Positions 37,785-49,441 of a stretch of DNA of 64,000 nt are shown in pieces (positions within the stretch are counted from its first letter, which is position 1; each line of letters begins with the position of its first letter). The notes beneath the pieces are model-generated. The model saw only the letters and a program-made list of their open reading frames with translations. It was not told where the DNA came from and did not search any database. The DNA is from Fistulifera solaris (taxonomy: Eukaryota), in NCBI GenBank assembly GCA_030295235.1, contig AP026124.1:558001-622000 (forward strand), given 5' to 3'. Position numbers and translations under genes: made by a program.

Positions 37785-39399
37785 ATGAAGACTTATTTTT
37801 TAGCGGTACTGCTACTACCATGGACGAGACCTTCAACTGCGTTCGCTCCTCATCCAGTTTCCACTCGATGGTGTAAAACACGTCTTCCGGTATTCTCATC
37901 GGGCAATGGGGATGGAGCGAGGCGAAAAAAAGAAATCACTGTCAGACCGAACACCGAAAGAAGCTGTCACGTTGGTACAAGATATTTTGAAAGCTGCCCT
38001 TGAAGCGGGTCCGCGGGCTGGACCAGCTCGAACGTTGCAGGCCTATCGCGCATTCGCCACCACAACACAAGAATTCTTGCCGAAATTGCTGTCACAACCC
38101 TCAAGTATCGCATTGCCAGTGGTTTTACGGACATTCTTTGAGCGCATGGGTGCCACTTACATCAAATTAGGACAATTCATTGCGAGTAGCCCCACACTCT
38201 TCCCCAAGGAATATGTCGTCGAATTTCAGAAATGTCTCGATCAGACAGAACCTCTCCCCTGGTCCACTATTAAAGAAGTGATTGAGAAAGAACTGGGGCC
38301 CATTTCGAAGACTTTTTCCAGCATTGATCAGAAACCGCTAGCATCCGCCAGTATCGCCCAAGTTCACGTGGCGACGTTAAAATCGACCGGTGAAGAAGTC
38401 GTCATCAAAGTACAAAAGCCACGGATTGACGAGTGTCTGCAGGCCGATTTGGGTTTCTTGTACGTTTCCGCTCGTGTTCTCGAATTTTTACAACCCGATT
38501 GGGAACGCACTAGTTTGTCGGCTGTCGCAGGGGATATTCGTCAATCCATGCTGGAAGAACTCGACTTTGAGAAAGAAGCGCGCAACACGATCGAGTTTCG
38601 TAGATTTTTACAAGACAACCAGTTACTCAAACAAGCTACCGCTCCTCGTGTGTTCACCGAACTGACGACTCGCAAAGTGATGGTCATGGAGAAATTGAAT
38701 GGTGTCAGTTTGTTGGATCAAGACACGATTTCGCAAGTCGTCCAAGACCCCGAAATGGGTACTAATACAATTTTGACAGCTTTGAATATTTGGTCCATGT
38801 CAGTAACGAGTATGCCGTGGTTTCATGCCGATGTTCACGCCGGGAATCTTCTGCTGTTGGAAGACGGCCGTGTGGGTTTTATTGACTTTGGAATCGTGGG
38901 TCGCATCAGCGAGAAGGTATTCCGATCGGTGACCGAGTTGAGTGCTGCGCTGGTCGCGAATGATTCCAAAGGAATGGCTCAAGCCTTGTGCAACATGGGC
39001 GCCACGGACGAACAAGTGGATATTTTGAAATTCAGTCAAGACATTGATCGTGTACTGAAGCGACTGAATGGTGTTGAGACGCAGGTATCGGTATCCGCCA
39101 TGGCGGATGGTTCTGTCACCGGGCGAATCGATGTAGACGACACAGAAATCACAAATTTGCTTCTCGAGATTGTGGAAGTTACCGAAAACAATGGACTCAA
39201 ATTACCCCGTGAATTTGGATTGCTGGTCAAACAGAGCTTGTATTTTGATCGATATTTGAAGATCTTGGCTCCGAATGTTGACGTAATGAATGATTCACGA
39301 GTAATGATAGGGGGAAAGAGCCGCGACCTAGTCAATGGCGAGGACGGCCCTATCAATGGAGAACCAATCAACGGCAATCGAATTGTAATTGATGTTTAA
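37785..39399 (+). CDS. ABC1/UbiB atypical protein kinase, predicted plastid-targeted
   Basis: GATYIKLGQFIAS, PLASASIAQVH, VVIKVQKP, ELDFEKEA, FHADVHAGN, IDFGIVG; presequence MKTYFLAVLLLPW...STA-FAP in another frame, joined by an indel at ~37908-37931. Confidence 0.92.
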
Positions 39400-39507
39400 A
39401 AGGCTTGAGTGCGCGATAGGTAGAATATACCCACAAGAAGTCTGTTTTTTTAAGTTTCGGTTTTATATAAGATAGTGTTCTGCGCCACCGCAGCATGTTT
39501 AACTGAC

Positions 39508-40005
39508 CTATATACCACCTCCCGAATGTCCTCCTTCAAAGTCCTCATCTGGAGAGATACTGACCGTTAGGCCTTGTCGTTGCAACCCTAGACAAAATTG
39601 TTCCGCCTGTTTCTTCCATGTTTTTGTAATAGTAGCTTTACCGATGCCATGTGTCTGCACGCATATTTCAAAGGCAGCTTTTCTATCCAGAGTACCGATC
39701 ACCTTGGTCAAAGACCGAACGACGTAATTAAATGTGTGCACTTCGTCGTTGTGCAAAACGACTCGCCACATTTCTTCCTTTTTCTTTTGCTCCTCTGCCT
39801 TTGTCTCCGTCTTGTCGATGACTTGTACACTCTTTCCCTTCTTAGTCGAACTGCTCTTTTCGACGGACGACATGTAAATTGACGTGTCGCTTAGTCGCCG
39901 TGGCGACGTTACTGTCGAATAGGAGCGCGGAAGCACAGCAAAGCCGTGCACCGACGTCAACGACGCCGTCCAGCAAAGTAAAAGTTGAATCGTTCTTGTA
40001 AGCAT
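39508..40005 (-). CDS. clpS: Clp protease adaptor ClpS, predicted plastid-targeted
   Basis: WRVVLHNDEVHTFNYVV...THGIGKATI; signal peptide ending VHG-FAV plus a Ser/Thr-rich transit peptide. Confidence 0.88.
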   Translation of the reverse strand: MLTRTIQLLLCWTASLTSVHGFAVLPRSYSTVTSPRRLSDTSIYMSSVEKSSSTKKGKSVQVIDKTETKAEEQKKKEEMWRVVLHNDEVHTFNYVVRSLTKVIGTLDRKAAFEICVQTHGIGKATITKTWKKQAEQFCLGLQRQGLTVSISPDEDFEGGHSGGGI

Positions 40006-40278
40006 TGTTGATGCAATTTCTTCTTCCTATAGCTGATGAATGTATTGACGAAAGAACTAAAGCAAGTACTCTTTCTTTCTCTTACGTTGTTATGCCTTTC
40101 TTAATTATGTCTCGGTGATGATGATAACAATAAAGGTGGAAGTTGAAGACGACGAGGCAGCTTCGTTGTATTCACAAAACATCCGCGTGGAAGGTAAACA
40201 AACGCCAACCACGTCATGAACGTGACTGCATTTATTCGGTCGTGGTGAAAGGTTGCCTACACTCGGGGATATACTCAA

Positions 40279-40301
40279 GATGAACGATGAACGATGAACG
40301 A
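40279..40301. repeat. Short tandem repeat (GATGAAC)x3
   Basis: GATGAACGATGAACGATGAACGA. Confidence 0.7.
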
Positions 40302-40758
40302 TTCGCGAGGATTATCGACGTAAAAAATGAGTGGTTTGCATTGCAAATGCTGCTGTAGACAAATGAAGTGTGATAAAGACAAATAACCGCATATTAATTG
40401 AGCAGAACGATTGGAGGTCAAAGAGCCTTCTGACTCTCGGAGATTTCATGATTCATGACTGAAATGAAGTCGTGTTTGTGTTCGGCTTACACTTTGGTCC
40501 TACTGTACATATGGTAGAATCTAAACCTTCCCCGAAAACATGAAAAAACGATTTCTTTTTCGATTTCGGTCGAAAAGACTATTGCGACCGAAAGGATGTG
40601 AAAGGATGAAATAGTAAAAAAAATCATCGTAGATCGGAAGGTTAGAGAAAAGAAAAGAAAAGCAACGTGATCATTCAATCATTATTGCAAAGCAAGTGCT
40701 CTTCGCTTCACGAAATCACGTTTCTTCCCTTTTCGATTCCCCCGCAATTTCTTGTGTC

Positions 40759-41835
40759 ATGTTCAAGGCAACTTTAAGCTCATTCCTAGTCCTATTATTT
40801 TGTCATCTTTCTTCGACAGCAATTGCGTTCACCATGAAAGCGCATGTGGCTGTGGTTGGTTCTGCCAATCAAGATCTGACCACGTATACAGCGGTTCTTC
40901 CGCAAATGGGGGAAAACCGTCACGGGGACGACCTTTGCCACCAGTTGTGGAGGCAAGGGATCGAACCAAGCGTGCGCCGCGGCTAGTTTGGGATTGACTC
41001 CAGTGACTATGATCTGTCGCATGGGCGATGATGTTTTGCGAAGGATCTATTGGCGAACTTTAAGAAGAAGGGCGTACAAGTCGATGAGGAGACGACCATT
41101 CTTCAAGGGATTTCGACGGGTGTTGCTAGTATTGTCGTAGATACAAAAACGGGAGACAACATGATTATTGTGACGCCCGGTGCGAACCACGAAATGAAAG
41201 CCCGCGATGTTGAAAGGTCGCTAAAACGTCTTGCGGAAAAGCCAGCAGCTGTTGTCGTCCAATTGGAAATTTTGAAAGAAGCCGCCTTGGCTGCTTTGAA
41301 AACTGGCAGTGAGCTGGGCGCGATTACTATATTGAATCCTGCTCCTGCACCAGAAGCTGGGGTACTTGACAGCTTTTACAAGTATACGGATATTATTATT
41401 CCCAACGAAACAGAATTAAGAAAAATTTGTGGAGTTGCAGAAGATGCCAACGACGGTTCTGGTATGGAAGAGAGTCTTGCCAAGCAGCTACTTACTGATA
41501 GTGGAGTCAAAAAAGCCGTTATTGTGACCTTGGGGGCACGAGGTGCGATGGTGGTTGCGAGGGATCAAGAAGGTGCAGACGGAATTTCTGTGTCGTATGT
41601 AAATCAACCAGATGATTTGCCCTGCAAGAACGATCCGATTGCCGATACTATCGGCGCCGGCGATGCTTTTTGTGGGGCGCTTGCTGCTTACCTTTCTTCT
41701 GGAGTCGGACTAGAAAAAGCCGCTGCAAGGGCTTGTGGCTTCGCTAGCATGTCGATTCGGCGAACAGGAGCGTCGTACCCATCTCCTGACGAAATACCCG
41801 ATTGTCTTAAAGATAAGTCAGCGGTCGATGGCTGA
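40759..41835 (+). CDS. rbsK: Ribokinase (PfkB family)
   Basis: VVGSANQD, GGKGSNQA (shifted frame), QLEI, LNPAPA, PNETE, VTLGARG, DTIGAGDAFCG; indels near 40913 and 41034. Confidence 0.9.
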
Positions 41836-41971
41836 GATGTAGGCGACGGACCAATACTCCACGAGTAGCGCACCTGTAATAGAGGTGGCATAATGTGCTT
41901 TTAGAACGCTTTATAACGATAAATCAGTAGAAAGCCGTAGGTTGAATCTGACTTTAACGAACTACCCCAAC

Positions 41972-42084
41972 TATCACCCAAGTTATTGGATTACGAGCTA
42001 CTTCTGACTGTCAATGACTTCATGGGTATCATCCAAGTTATTGGATTACCAGCTTAACACTGACTGTCAATCACTTCATGGGTA
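41972..42084. repeat. Tandem duplication of a ~55-bp unit
   Basis: TATCA(C/T)CCAAGTTATTGGATTAC..CTGACTGTCAAT(G/C)ACTTCATGGG twice, head to tail. Confidence 0.9.
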
Positions 42085-42440
42085 AGTAGCTGTCCACATT
42101 TGACGGATGAAGGGAGACCATCCTAGCTATACCTTACAGATAGTACGTGGAGATTGCAACGCATGCCATAATGCGCAGTGGGAGTTGCACTTCGTCTAAG
42201 TGGCTACCAACGCACCGGGTTACTTGCTGCTGTATTTTGGGAAGCACCATGTGAAAAAAATTAACGTAAAAAGTATAAACCAAGTCGAGCATGTATAATC
42301 GAAATGTGAAATTGATTAAGGCTAAATGTAAGGAGTGCGGATGTTTTTGGAGGTTCAAAATAAGGAAAGTCGGGGCTTGTTATTTCTCATCGCCATTGTA
42401 TAAAAGTTGTGGCATTGTAACGGTGGATTTGAACTTTCTT

Positions 42441-43088
42441 TTAGAGGCTCAATCCAAGGAATGCGTCTTCGGCTTCTTGTAAGAGCACTCCGGTAGACTC
42501 ATCTGGTACGCGCAAAAGAAAGTCTTTGAGTTCATGCGCCGGTGCACTATGAGAGTACACAGGAAATCGCGTTGACTTTACGCGAGTTGATAGCTTATAG
42601 GGGTGAAAATGGCGAGGATTCTGTCGAAATTGCGACCGGGGAGAAGGACATCCAGGCACAAAGCTTGTCTCGCATAGAGACAAATCATGCATTTGGGTGA
42701 AAGGGATTTCTTCATCAGACAAAGTGGAGGGGCACAGCATGTCAACAAAGTGTCCCCAAGGAGAAGGGGAATTCGGTTGAGATCCTGGTTGGTATTCTGT
42801 GCTGAACCTCCTTGGGGCGAGCTCCATTAAATCGCTCTCGTCAAAGGAGGAACTTGAAGCGAGTTCTGAAAGCTTCATACTAGAACTCCGCCGCCTCAAT
42901 CTATTCACAGAAGAATTCTGTCCCTCTGTTGTCGGTGAGTTGGGTTCACTCGACACTTGTCGAATATCCTCATCTGATACCATACGTGCTGCGGCATCAC
43001 GCGTGAGTAAATCAGTGGGGAAGTCTAGCCAACAATGAGACAGGTCTTGTTGGCGCTGGTGGCGGCGCTTCAGGCAGAGTTTGGGCAT
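42441..43088 (-). CDS. Hypothetical Ser-rich, likely disordered protein (SPSPWGHFVD motif)
   Basis: 215-aa ATG-initiated ORF with low-complexity composition; no recognisable domain. Confidence 0.65.
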   Translation of the reverse strand: MPKLCLKRRHQRQQDLSHCWLDFPTDLLTRDAAARMVSDEDIRQVSSEPNSPTTEGQNSSVNRLRRRSSSMKLSELASSSSFDESDLMELAPRRFSTEYQPGSQPNSPSPWGHFVDMLCPSTLSDEEIPFTQMHDLSLCETSFVPGCPSPRSQFRQNPRHFHPYKLSTRVKSTRFPVYSHSAPAHELKDFLLRVPDESTGVLLQEAEDAFLGLSL

Positions 43089-44395
43089 GGCGGTTTTGAT
43101 TATTTATAGTTGTTATTTATCTTTGTGGGGGTGTTGAAAGCTCCCTTCCACGAGAAGATGTCTCCTTTGTATTGCCTTGCTTTTGATGTCAAGGTGTGTG
43201 TTCAACTGGTGTGATCATGGTGTGATGCGACGTGATTGCAGAACACCCACGTCAAACAAATTCACCAATGGAACGAACTGTGTCAGCAAAAGGAACAGTC
43301 GTGTCTTAAGTCATCTGGGACTTTTTGAATTAGAAGTGATCACTTGCCTCATCGTGATTATAGCGGTCTCAACATTCTCCCCGGTTAGGGATGGCCAATT
43401 TCTGAGGACACTAATATGGAGTGTACTGCAATTGCCGGAAACGCGACAAATTTATGAGGCATTGAGTACCGTGATACAGTACGTAAGCAGAAACGTCATT
43501 GACAGCGACTCGATTCTGAATAATCATCATCATCCAGATTCTTTCCCGGATTTGGAATTTGGAAGCCAAGATCCAAGATGTCAACCCATCTACAACTCGA
43601 TACATGCACGACGCACGAGACATCACATGACATCAAGAACCCAGAGTTCCTTTGGTCTCGATTCTTGATGTCGACATGGCATTTGGCTGACGACAAGGCT
43701 GATAGCAGAAGTACGACTTATCCTACAACGGTTCTGATACTAATATTCAAAAATGCATGACGCATCGAAATTGGGGCTAAGTGTAAAAAGTGTAAATAAA
43801 TGTAGAGACGCACGGCTGCTAGCAGACGACGTTTTTCTCCAGGACTGATGGTATCGTGAATCTTGAGTCGGAAGAAGGCAGCCCACAATTATTTACAGAG
43901 CATCTAAGGCAACTCACTCCTACTGCATCGTCAAGATTCATAGTACCAATATAATGCTAGTGAAATGATGATGTGATATACATTCTATTCAAGCGTAGTT
44001 TCCACCGTAATTTTCTATCGACAGGATCCGTGGTTGAGAATGAGTCGGGGAGAAGGGTCTTTTTTCCAAAAACTTTTTAATTACTCGGAGCTTGGAGTAC
44101 TTGTTTTCTTTCGAAAGGTAATTCTCTTTTATTTAGTCGAAAATAGTCACAAGTTACAACTACCGGGTACCCACCGTTTGAAGCGAACGAAGCGAAGCGT
44201 GTTTTTCAAATGAACCCAGCCCAGCTCGTCCGGGTGTCTGTAAGTCTACCGGAACAAGGCCACAGACCACGCAATACGAAAACGCAGCAGTCCTTTTTAT
44301 TCTCACATGTGATAATCGATAATCAGAGATTCACAGAAGAACACCCATTGAATCTAAATTACCCGGAATTGATAATTTGAAATAATTAATTGTAT

Positions 44396-45586
44396 ATGCT
44401 GCAGAAAATGGACGAAGAAAAAGCAATATTACTAAATAAGGACTACGGTAGTACCGCATCCTTGACGCCCGCCTCGACCAAACGATGTTTTGAAGAGTCG
44501 GAACCGGCCGGTTCGGTTACATCCGCGGAAAGCAACGAATCGATCATTGTCGCTGGATTTCACATCCCTTCATTACGGACGATAGCGATCCAGCTTTCGC
44601 TCTATGTGAATATTCTAATCACGCTGGCAAAGCTGATAACATACATTCAAACATTTAGTCTATCGGTGCTCGCGGCCCTGCTCGATTCTGTTCTCGATGT
44701 GGTTTCGCAAATGGTTCTCTTTCATACTGAAAAGCACAGCTCGTTGCAACGCTCTTCTGCTTTTTATCCAGCTGGAGCTAGTAGACTGGAACCAATTGGC
44801 GTTCTGACATGCGCCGCGTTAATGGGTGTAGCATCCTTCGAGGTGCTCAAAGATAGTCTCATGGCTCTCATTTTCAACAAAACCGCCATGGATGCGGATG
44901 ACTTGACGTTATCGAGTTTCTGGAACATGCTTTCTATTGTCTTGATTAAGGTAGCCCTTCTTTATCTGTGTAAGAGGGCCGCTAATCGAAGAATACTCCG
45001 ATCCAGTAGCAGTATGGAAAACGACATGGAATCCAAAACTAAGACGGAAATTGCCGACTCGACGATGGAAGCCTTGGCGAAAGACCACTTGAATGATGCA
45101 CTTTCCAATGTTGTCGCCGCATTGGCTCTATTGTGTGCTCTGAAGCAACCCTCTTTGTGGTGGCTCGATCCGGTCGGTGCTGTTGTCATTTCACTCTACA
45201 TTATTTACTCATGGTACACCACCGGGAAGGAACAGATTGAACATCTGACAGGAAAAGTCGCCCCGGAAGAATTCATCGAAGATATTGTCAACATGGCCAA
45301 CGCCTTTGACGATCGCCTAGAAGTTGACCACGTCCGTGCGTATCACTTCGGACCAAAGTTCTTGGTTGAGTTGGAAGTTGTCATGCCAAAAGAGACATTA
45401 TTGTTTGAGTCACACGACGTTGGAATGGAGCTGCAGTATGAGATCGAAGGCCGGGAAGAAGTTGAGCGTTGTTTTGTCCACATTGATTATCAGACGAGGC
45501 CTTACGACGAGCATGTTGTTAGCAAAGTACCCGAATTGCGCGAAAAGTATCGACCCCGAAAACTTCGATCAACCCAAAGCGTATAG
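44396..45586 (+). CDS. Cation diffusion facilitator, Mn-CDF/MTP8-11 type
   Basis: DSVLD and DHLND (DxxxD) metal-site motifs, YPAGASRLEPIG, RAYHFG, HDVG..LQ, VERCFVHIDY. Confidence 0.92.
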   Translation: MLQKMDEEKAILLNKDYGSTASLTPASTKRCFEESEPAGSVTSAESNESIIVAGFHIPSLRTIAIQLSLYVNILITLAKLITYIQTFSLSVLAALLDSVLDVVSQMVLFHTEKHSSLQRSSAFYPAGASRLEPIGVLTCAALMGVASFEVLKDSLMALIFNKTAMDADDLTLSSFWNMLSIVLIKVALLYLCKRAANRRILRSSSSMENDMESKTKTEIADSTMEALAKDHLNDALSNVVAALALLCALKQPSLWWLDPVGAVVISLYIIYSWYTTGKEQIEHLTGKVAPEEFIEDIVNMANAFDDRLEVDHVRAYHFGPKFLVELEVVMPKETLLFESHDVGMELQYEIEGREEVERCFVHIDYQTRPYDEHVVSKVPELREKYRPRKLRSTQSV

Positions 45587-45816
45587 GGCGATGAGGTTCA
45601 AAGTATGATGACGTTGAATGCCTATGGTTAAGAATTAGAATAGAAGCCGATTAACACGATCATATATTACTGCAGTCGAGATCGTAATCGTACAGCGTTC
45701 AAAAGCGAAGCTATTTCCAGCGAGGCCGCAATGAATTTTAGCAAACTTCGATTGACGCATTGGACGGGGTCTGAAATTGGCTTCGGATACCAATTACCTG
45801 GACAATATGGAGAAGA

Positions 45817-45835
45817 TCTCTCTCTCTCTCTCTCT
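45817..45835. repeat. (TC)n microsatellite
   Basis: TCTCTCTCTCTCTCTCTCT. Confidence 0.9.
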
Positions 45836-45945
45836 TACAAAGTGGAAACACTGACTGTCTTAATTAATGAAGATAAACATAACTAAAATATTATTCGAAG
45901 TGACAAGTTTATTACTTATAGCAGAGAGTTTGATGAAAGATCTAG

Positions 45946-46434
45946 TCAAAATCGTTTGTGCACCATTTCTGGGTGTCGAATGCGTTCCCAAAATCCAACC
46001 TCCATCGCTAGCTCACGAGAACGCTGAATTTCTCTCACTTCCTCGCGAGCCTGCATAAGCAATTGTTTCGAAGCTCCCGCATTTTGGGCGATTTGTTCGC
46101 GCACATATGGACTCATCTTTCGAGGAACCTTTCCGGAAGCTTCGTGCTGATCCAAAGGAAACGTTTCACACCAGTCGGATGACCAAGATAAAGTAAGAGG
46201 AACTCCTTTGCTAACTGCCGGATTATCACCGACAATAAGCGCATGCGAACACACTTTGACAGTCGAAAATTGAACTCGTTTCGTGGTCAATGATCGATCT
46301 GAGATGCTTGTGTTGTTAGTTGATGACTCCGTGAAGCTAGAGGAGCTGTTGTAAGTCATTGACGAAGAAGATTTTACGAAAGATCTGGGTCTTTTGCGTT
46401 GAAGACTTAACAAGTTTGTTTTAGGAATAGCCAT
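45946..46434 (-). CDS. Hypothetical protein with RVxF and GDNP motifs
   Basis: KRVQFSTVKV...IVGDNPAVSKGVPLTLSW...RKMSPYVREQI; ATG at 46434. Confidence 0.7.
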   Translation of the reverse strand: MAIPKTNLLSLQRKRPRSFVKSSSSMTYNSSSSFTESSTNNTSISDRSLTTKRVQFSTVKVCSHALIVGDNPAVSKGVPLTLSWSSDWCETFPLDQHEASGKVPRKMSPYVREQIAQNAGASKQLLMQAREEVREIQRSRELAMEVGFWERIRHPEMVHKRF

Positions 46435-46984
46435 GATGATGCTGAAGCACTCGTATTCTTTCACTGAAAAAATTGTGAACTCTTTTAAATATTATGGAAA
46501 TAGCCTGTCTCGTCAGGGGACGAGAAAATTACGACGAATGAGCCTTTTTCGACGATTTCCAACGAACAAATCGAATGAACAAAAACGAACAATAAGGATT
46601 CTACTCAAGCTTCTATACTAAAACCTCTAATTCGGACATGTTCCTTAGACATCGGCTGGTACTGGTAGAGGTACAAATATTCGCTATTCGCTGTAATACG
46701 TCGTCGTATGTCTTACCGGTTGCTTTCACAGCCTCCACCTTCTTTTTAAAAAATTACGCCTTTTCTAGCTCCACCCGACCTATACTAAAGGATTGATGAC
46801 GATCTTTTGAACAATTATCTCGTAAACGAACAGTATTTAGCATGAACTTTAGTAAAAACTTGAGATTACCGGTTGAAGGTGAATAAATTATGTTCATTGA
46901 CGGTCTTCTTTATGGACAGAAAAGAACGGATAATCATGCATAGCGCTAGCACAGCATAAATTGGACTGAACCAAAGATGATGCT

Positions 46985-48869
46985 TTACAGCTCTAAAGAT
47001 TTGATCTGTGGGTTTGAAATTGTATGAAACTCGACACCAAGCATCCGTGACCATGACACCAAAGAAGCTGAATCACTTTCACTCATTATGCTAAACACCT
47101 TACCGGCAGTACCTGCTCGTCCAGTCCTTCCAGCAATGTGCGTGTACTCATCTGGACCATTCGGTCGTCCAAGAACCAAAACATAATCTAGACCGTCCAG
47201 ATGAAGACCTCGGACAGTGTCTTCACCAGTAACGAGCACGTACCCGCTGATCGTAGCCTTGTCATTCTGATGGCGACTTTGTCCAACCCCGTCAGCTCCC
47301 GATACCTCTCTGTAGAGCTCAATAATATGATCAGTACCATCCGCTTCTAACATGTCTAAAAGATTTTGAGGCACAGGTTGGCACCCGAAGTGCTTCAATG
47401 CACCGATCGAGTTTTGTGTATTCATTCCAAATCCTTTGGATAATACCAAAAGAATCCGCGCATTGCTTTTCACGGCAGTAAGCGATTGAATCACTTGGTA
47501 CGCTGCTGTTAACACCTGACCCGGCGACGAGCCAGCGGTTGGAACAACGTAATTCGTCACAGAGTCAGGGATCGTTACCGCTCTAGTGGTTGCTACATCT
47601 TTTCCAGCGCCTCCTGTAGCATCACTAGCACATACCACCGGTGGACACTCCTGTGGTGGAAGTCCGAGAACACGTGCCAGCTCGCGTCGGAGAGGTCTAC
47701 CAACGGTGGCACTGGCCGCCACAATTTGCACCCGACCAAGGGTCAATCGAGTTACTGCCGAACATACTACCGCGGCTGGCTTTTCGTGTATTTTCTTGTA
47801 TTGCTTTTCGGCTCTACTTTTCTGCACGGCCAACATGCGATCCACTTCATCCATGACAATGCAGCGCACATTTTTGAGGAACTCCATAGCCTCGGGTTTT
47901 TCGTGTGGGAGGAGCCGGCATCTTCCCGTCTCCGTACAGCGAATGCATAATTGTTTTGGCACTCCCAATAAAGAGCCTAGGCTTCGTACCCAGTTCATCA
48001 ACATCAATGGGTACACCTCTTTCTTTCGAACCATCGGCCATAAGATCTGCTGGCCTCGAAATGAAACGGATGGTTCCTGGGGGAGCCAGCACAGCAGCAA
48101 TTCCAGCAATTTGAGATGCCAACTCTCTGGTTGGTGCCATAACCACGGCAAACGAGTCTCGATCCTGTCCTTGTGTCCATAAATACTCAGTCAAGGGGAG
48201 AAGAAAAGCGAGTGTCTTTCCAGACCCTGTCTCGGCATGCAAAATACAAGATTCGCCCCTTGACAATCGAGGAATGGCCGCGGCTTGAATGGGACTGGGC
48301 TTAATAAATTTTGCCCGACCAAGCGCATCACCGGCGACAGGAGATAACTTTAACCCAGCGAAATCGATCAGTCGCTTTACTACTATTGTTGTGTCCAACA
48401 TTTCATTGAGGATGTCGTCATCCGCAATCAGTTGCTTAATCGGGACGTCCTCGTCTTCTTCTCCTTTGACAGATTCTCCGTAAATTTTTCTCAAATCATC
48501 CGCCGCTAATCGCATAGCCAAATCAGGTTTTCTGCCATTTCTGGGGAGCTTTCTTGCTTTGAGTTCGACTTTGAGAGCGTTCGCTGCTTGTAAAAGATAC
48601 TGGCGATAGAGTTTCTCGCGTTCGACGCTGAGAGGATCGTACGGTCCATTTTCTTCTATTTTCGGAACTTGACGCTGTCTTTTTAATTTCTCTAAGTGCG
48701 ACGCTGTTTTCTCAAGTGCATCCTGCGCCAAGGGATCGGACTTGGACGAGCACAAGAAAGTTGATTGACGGCATGACAACGGAAGAGCCGGCGAGAAAGC
48801 CATCAAATCCCGTGCTAACCACAGCGTGAAAAGGACTCTCAATCTGCGCTGCATGTAATATTTCTGCAT
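46985..48869 (-). CDS. DEAD/DExD-box RNA helicase, predicted plastid-targeted, with a SAP-like N-terminal motif
   Basis: PSPIQ, AETGSGKT, APTRELA, DEVD, SAT, RGLH, HIAGRTGRAG; LKVELKARKLPRNGRKPDLAMRL (SAP-like); presequence LMA-FSP; one extra base at 47897-47901. Confidence 0.88.
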
Positions 48870-49441
48870 AATAGAGCGTAACTTTCGTGGATAGAACTCG
48901 CTTCCTTGTAAATTTAATGCTAGGCTCGTTATTAGACTAGTGTAGTAATTGTCATCTCTTTGTGTTCTGTGTTGCGGTGATGGGACGAGAACTTTTCCTT
49001 GGTGGTGGGGGAAGGACGCGAAAGCGTGTGCGGGCTTGCGCGCAAAGTCGGTAAAGGCTTAAGGCTACGTGCTAGTACGAAGGAAATTTAGTATTCACGT
49101 ACAGAGGCTCCGTCTCTCTAACGTCAAGAAAAAAGCCAGCTGTATGTTCAACTACTACGTAATGAGAACCGTCGACGTTTTCATGACATCAAAACAAAAC
49201 ATTCAGACCTTTTGCAATGCGATGAGTAGCAACGCACCATGATCCGGGACTGAAACTATCCTGAGTCATATCGAATCACCTCTACTTTTTACGAGATAGT
49301 GGTATAAATTCTGGCCCTTGTGATGGACAGACCGCTCCGTTGGTGTCGAAATCACGGGGCACTTATTTTCAACACCCTCTCACATTGCCTTTGCAGCCTT
49401 GCTATCGAAGCTTTTCTCTACAAAGACGGCATCAAGATAAA

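Noticed and set aside
29606..42084. Direct repeats as CRISPR-like arrays
   Set aside because: Only two copies each, no regular spacers, no cas genes, eukaryotic context
43177..43668. 163-aa ORF in a long intergenic region
   Set aside because: No recognisable domain or coding signal; likely the promoter region of the flanking divergent genes
44396..45586. Mn-CDF as part of the metal-uptake cluster
   Set aside because: About 30 kb away, with many unrelated housekeeping genes in between
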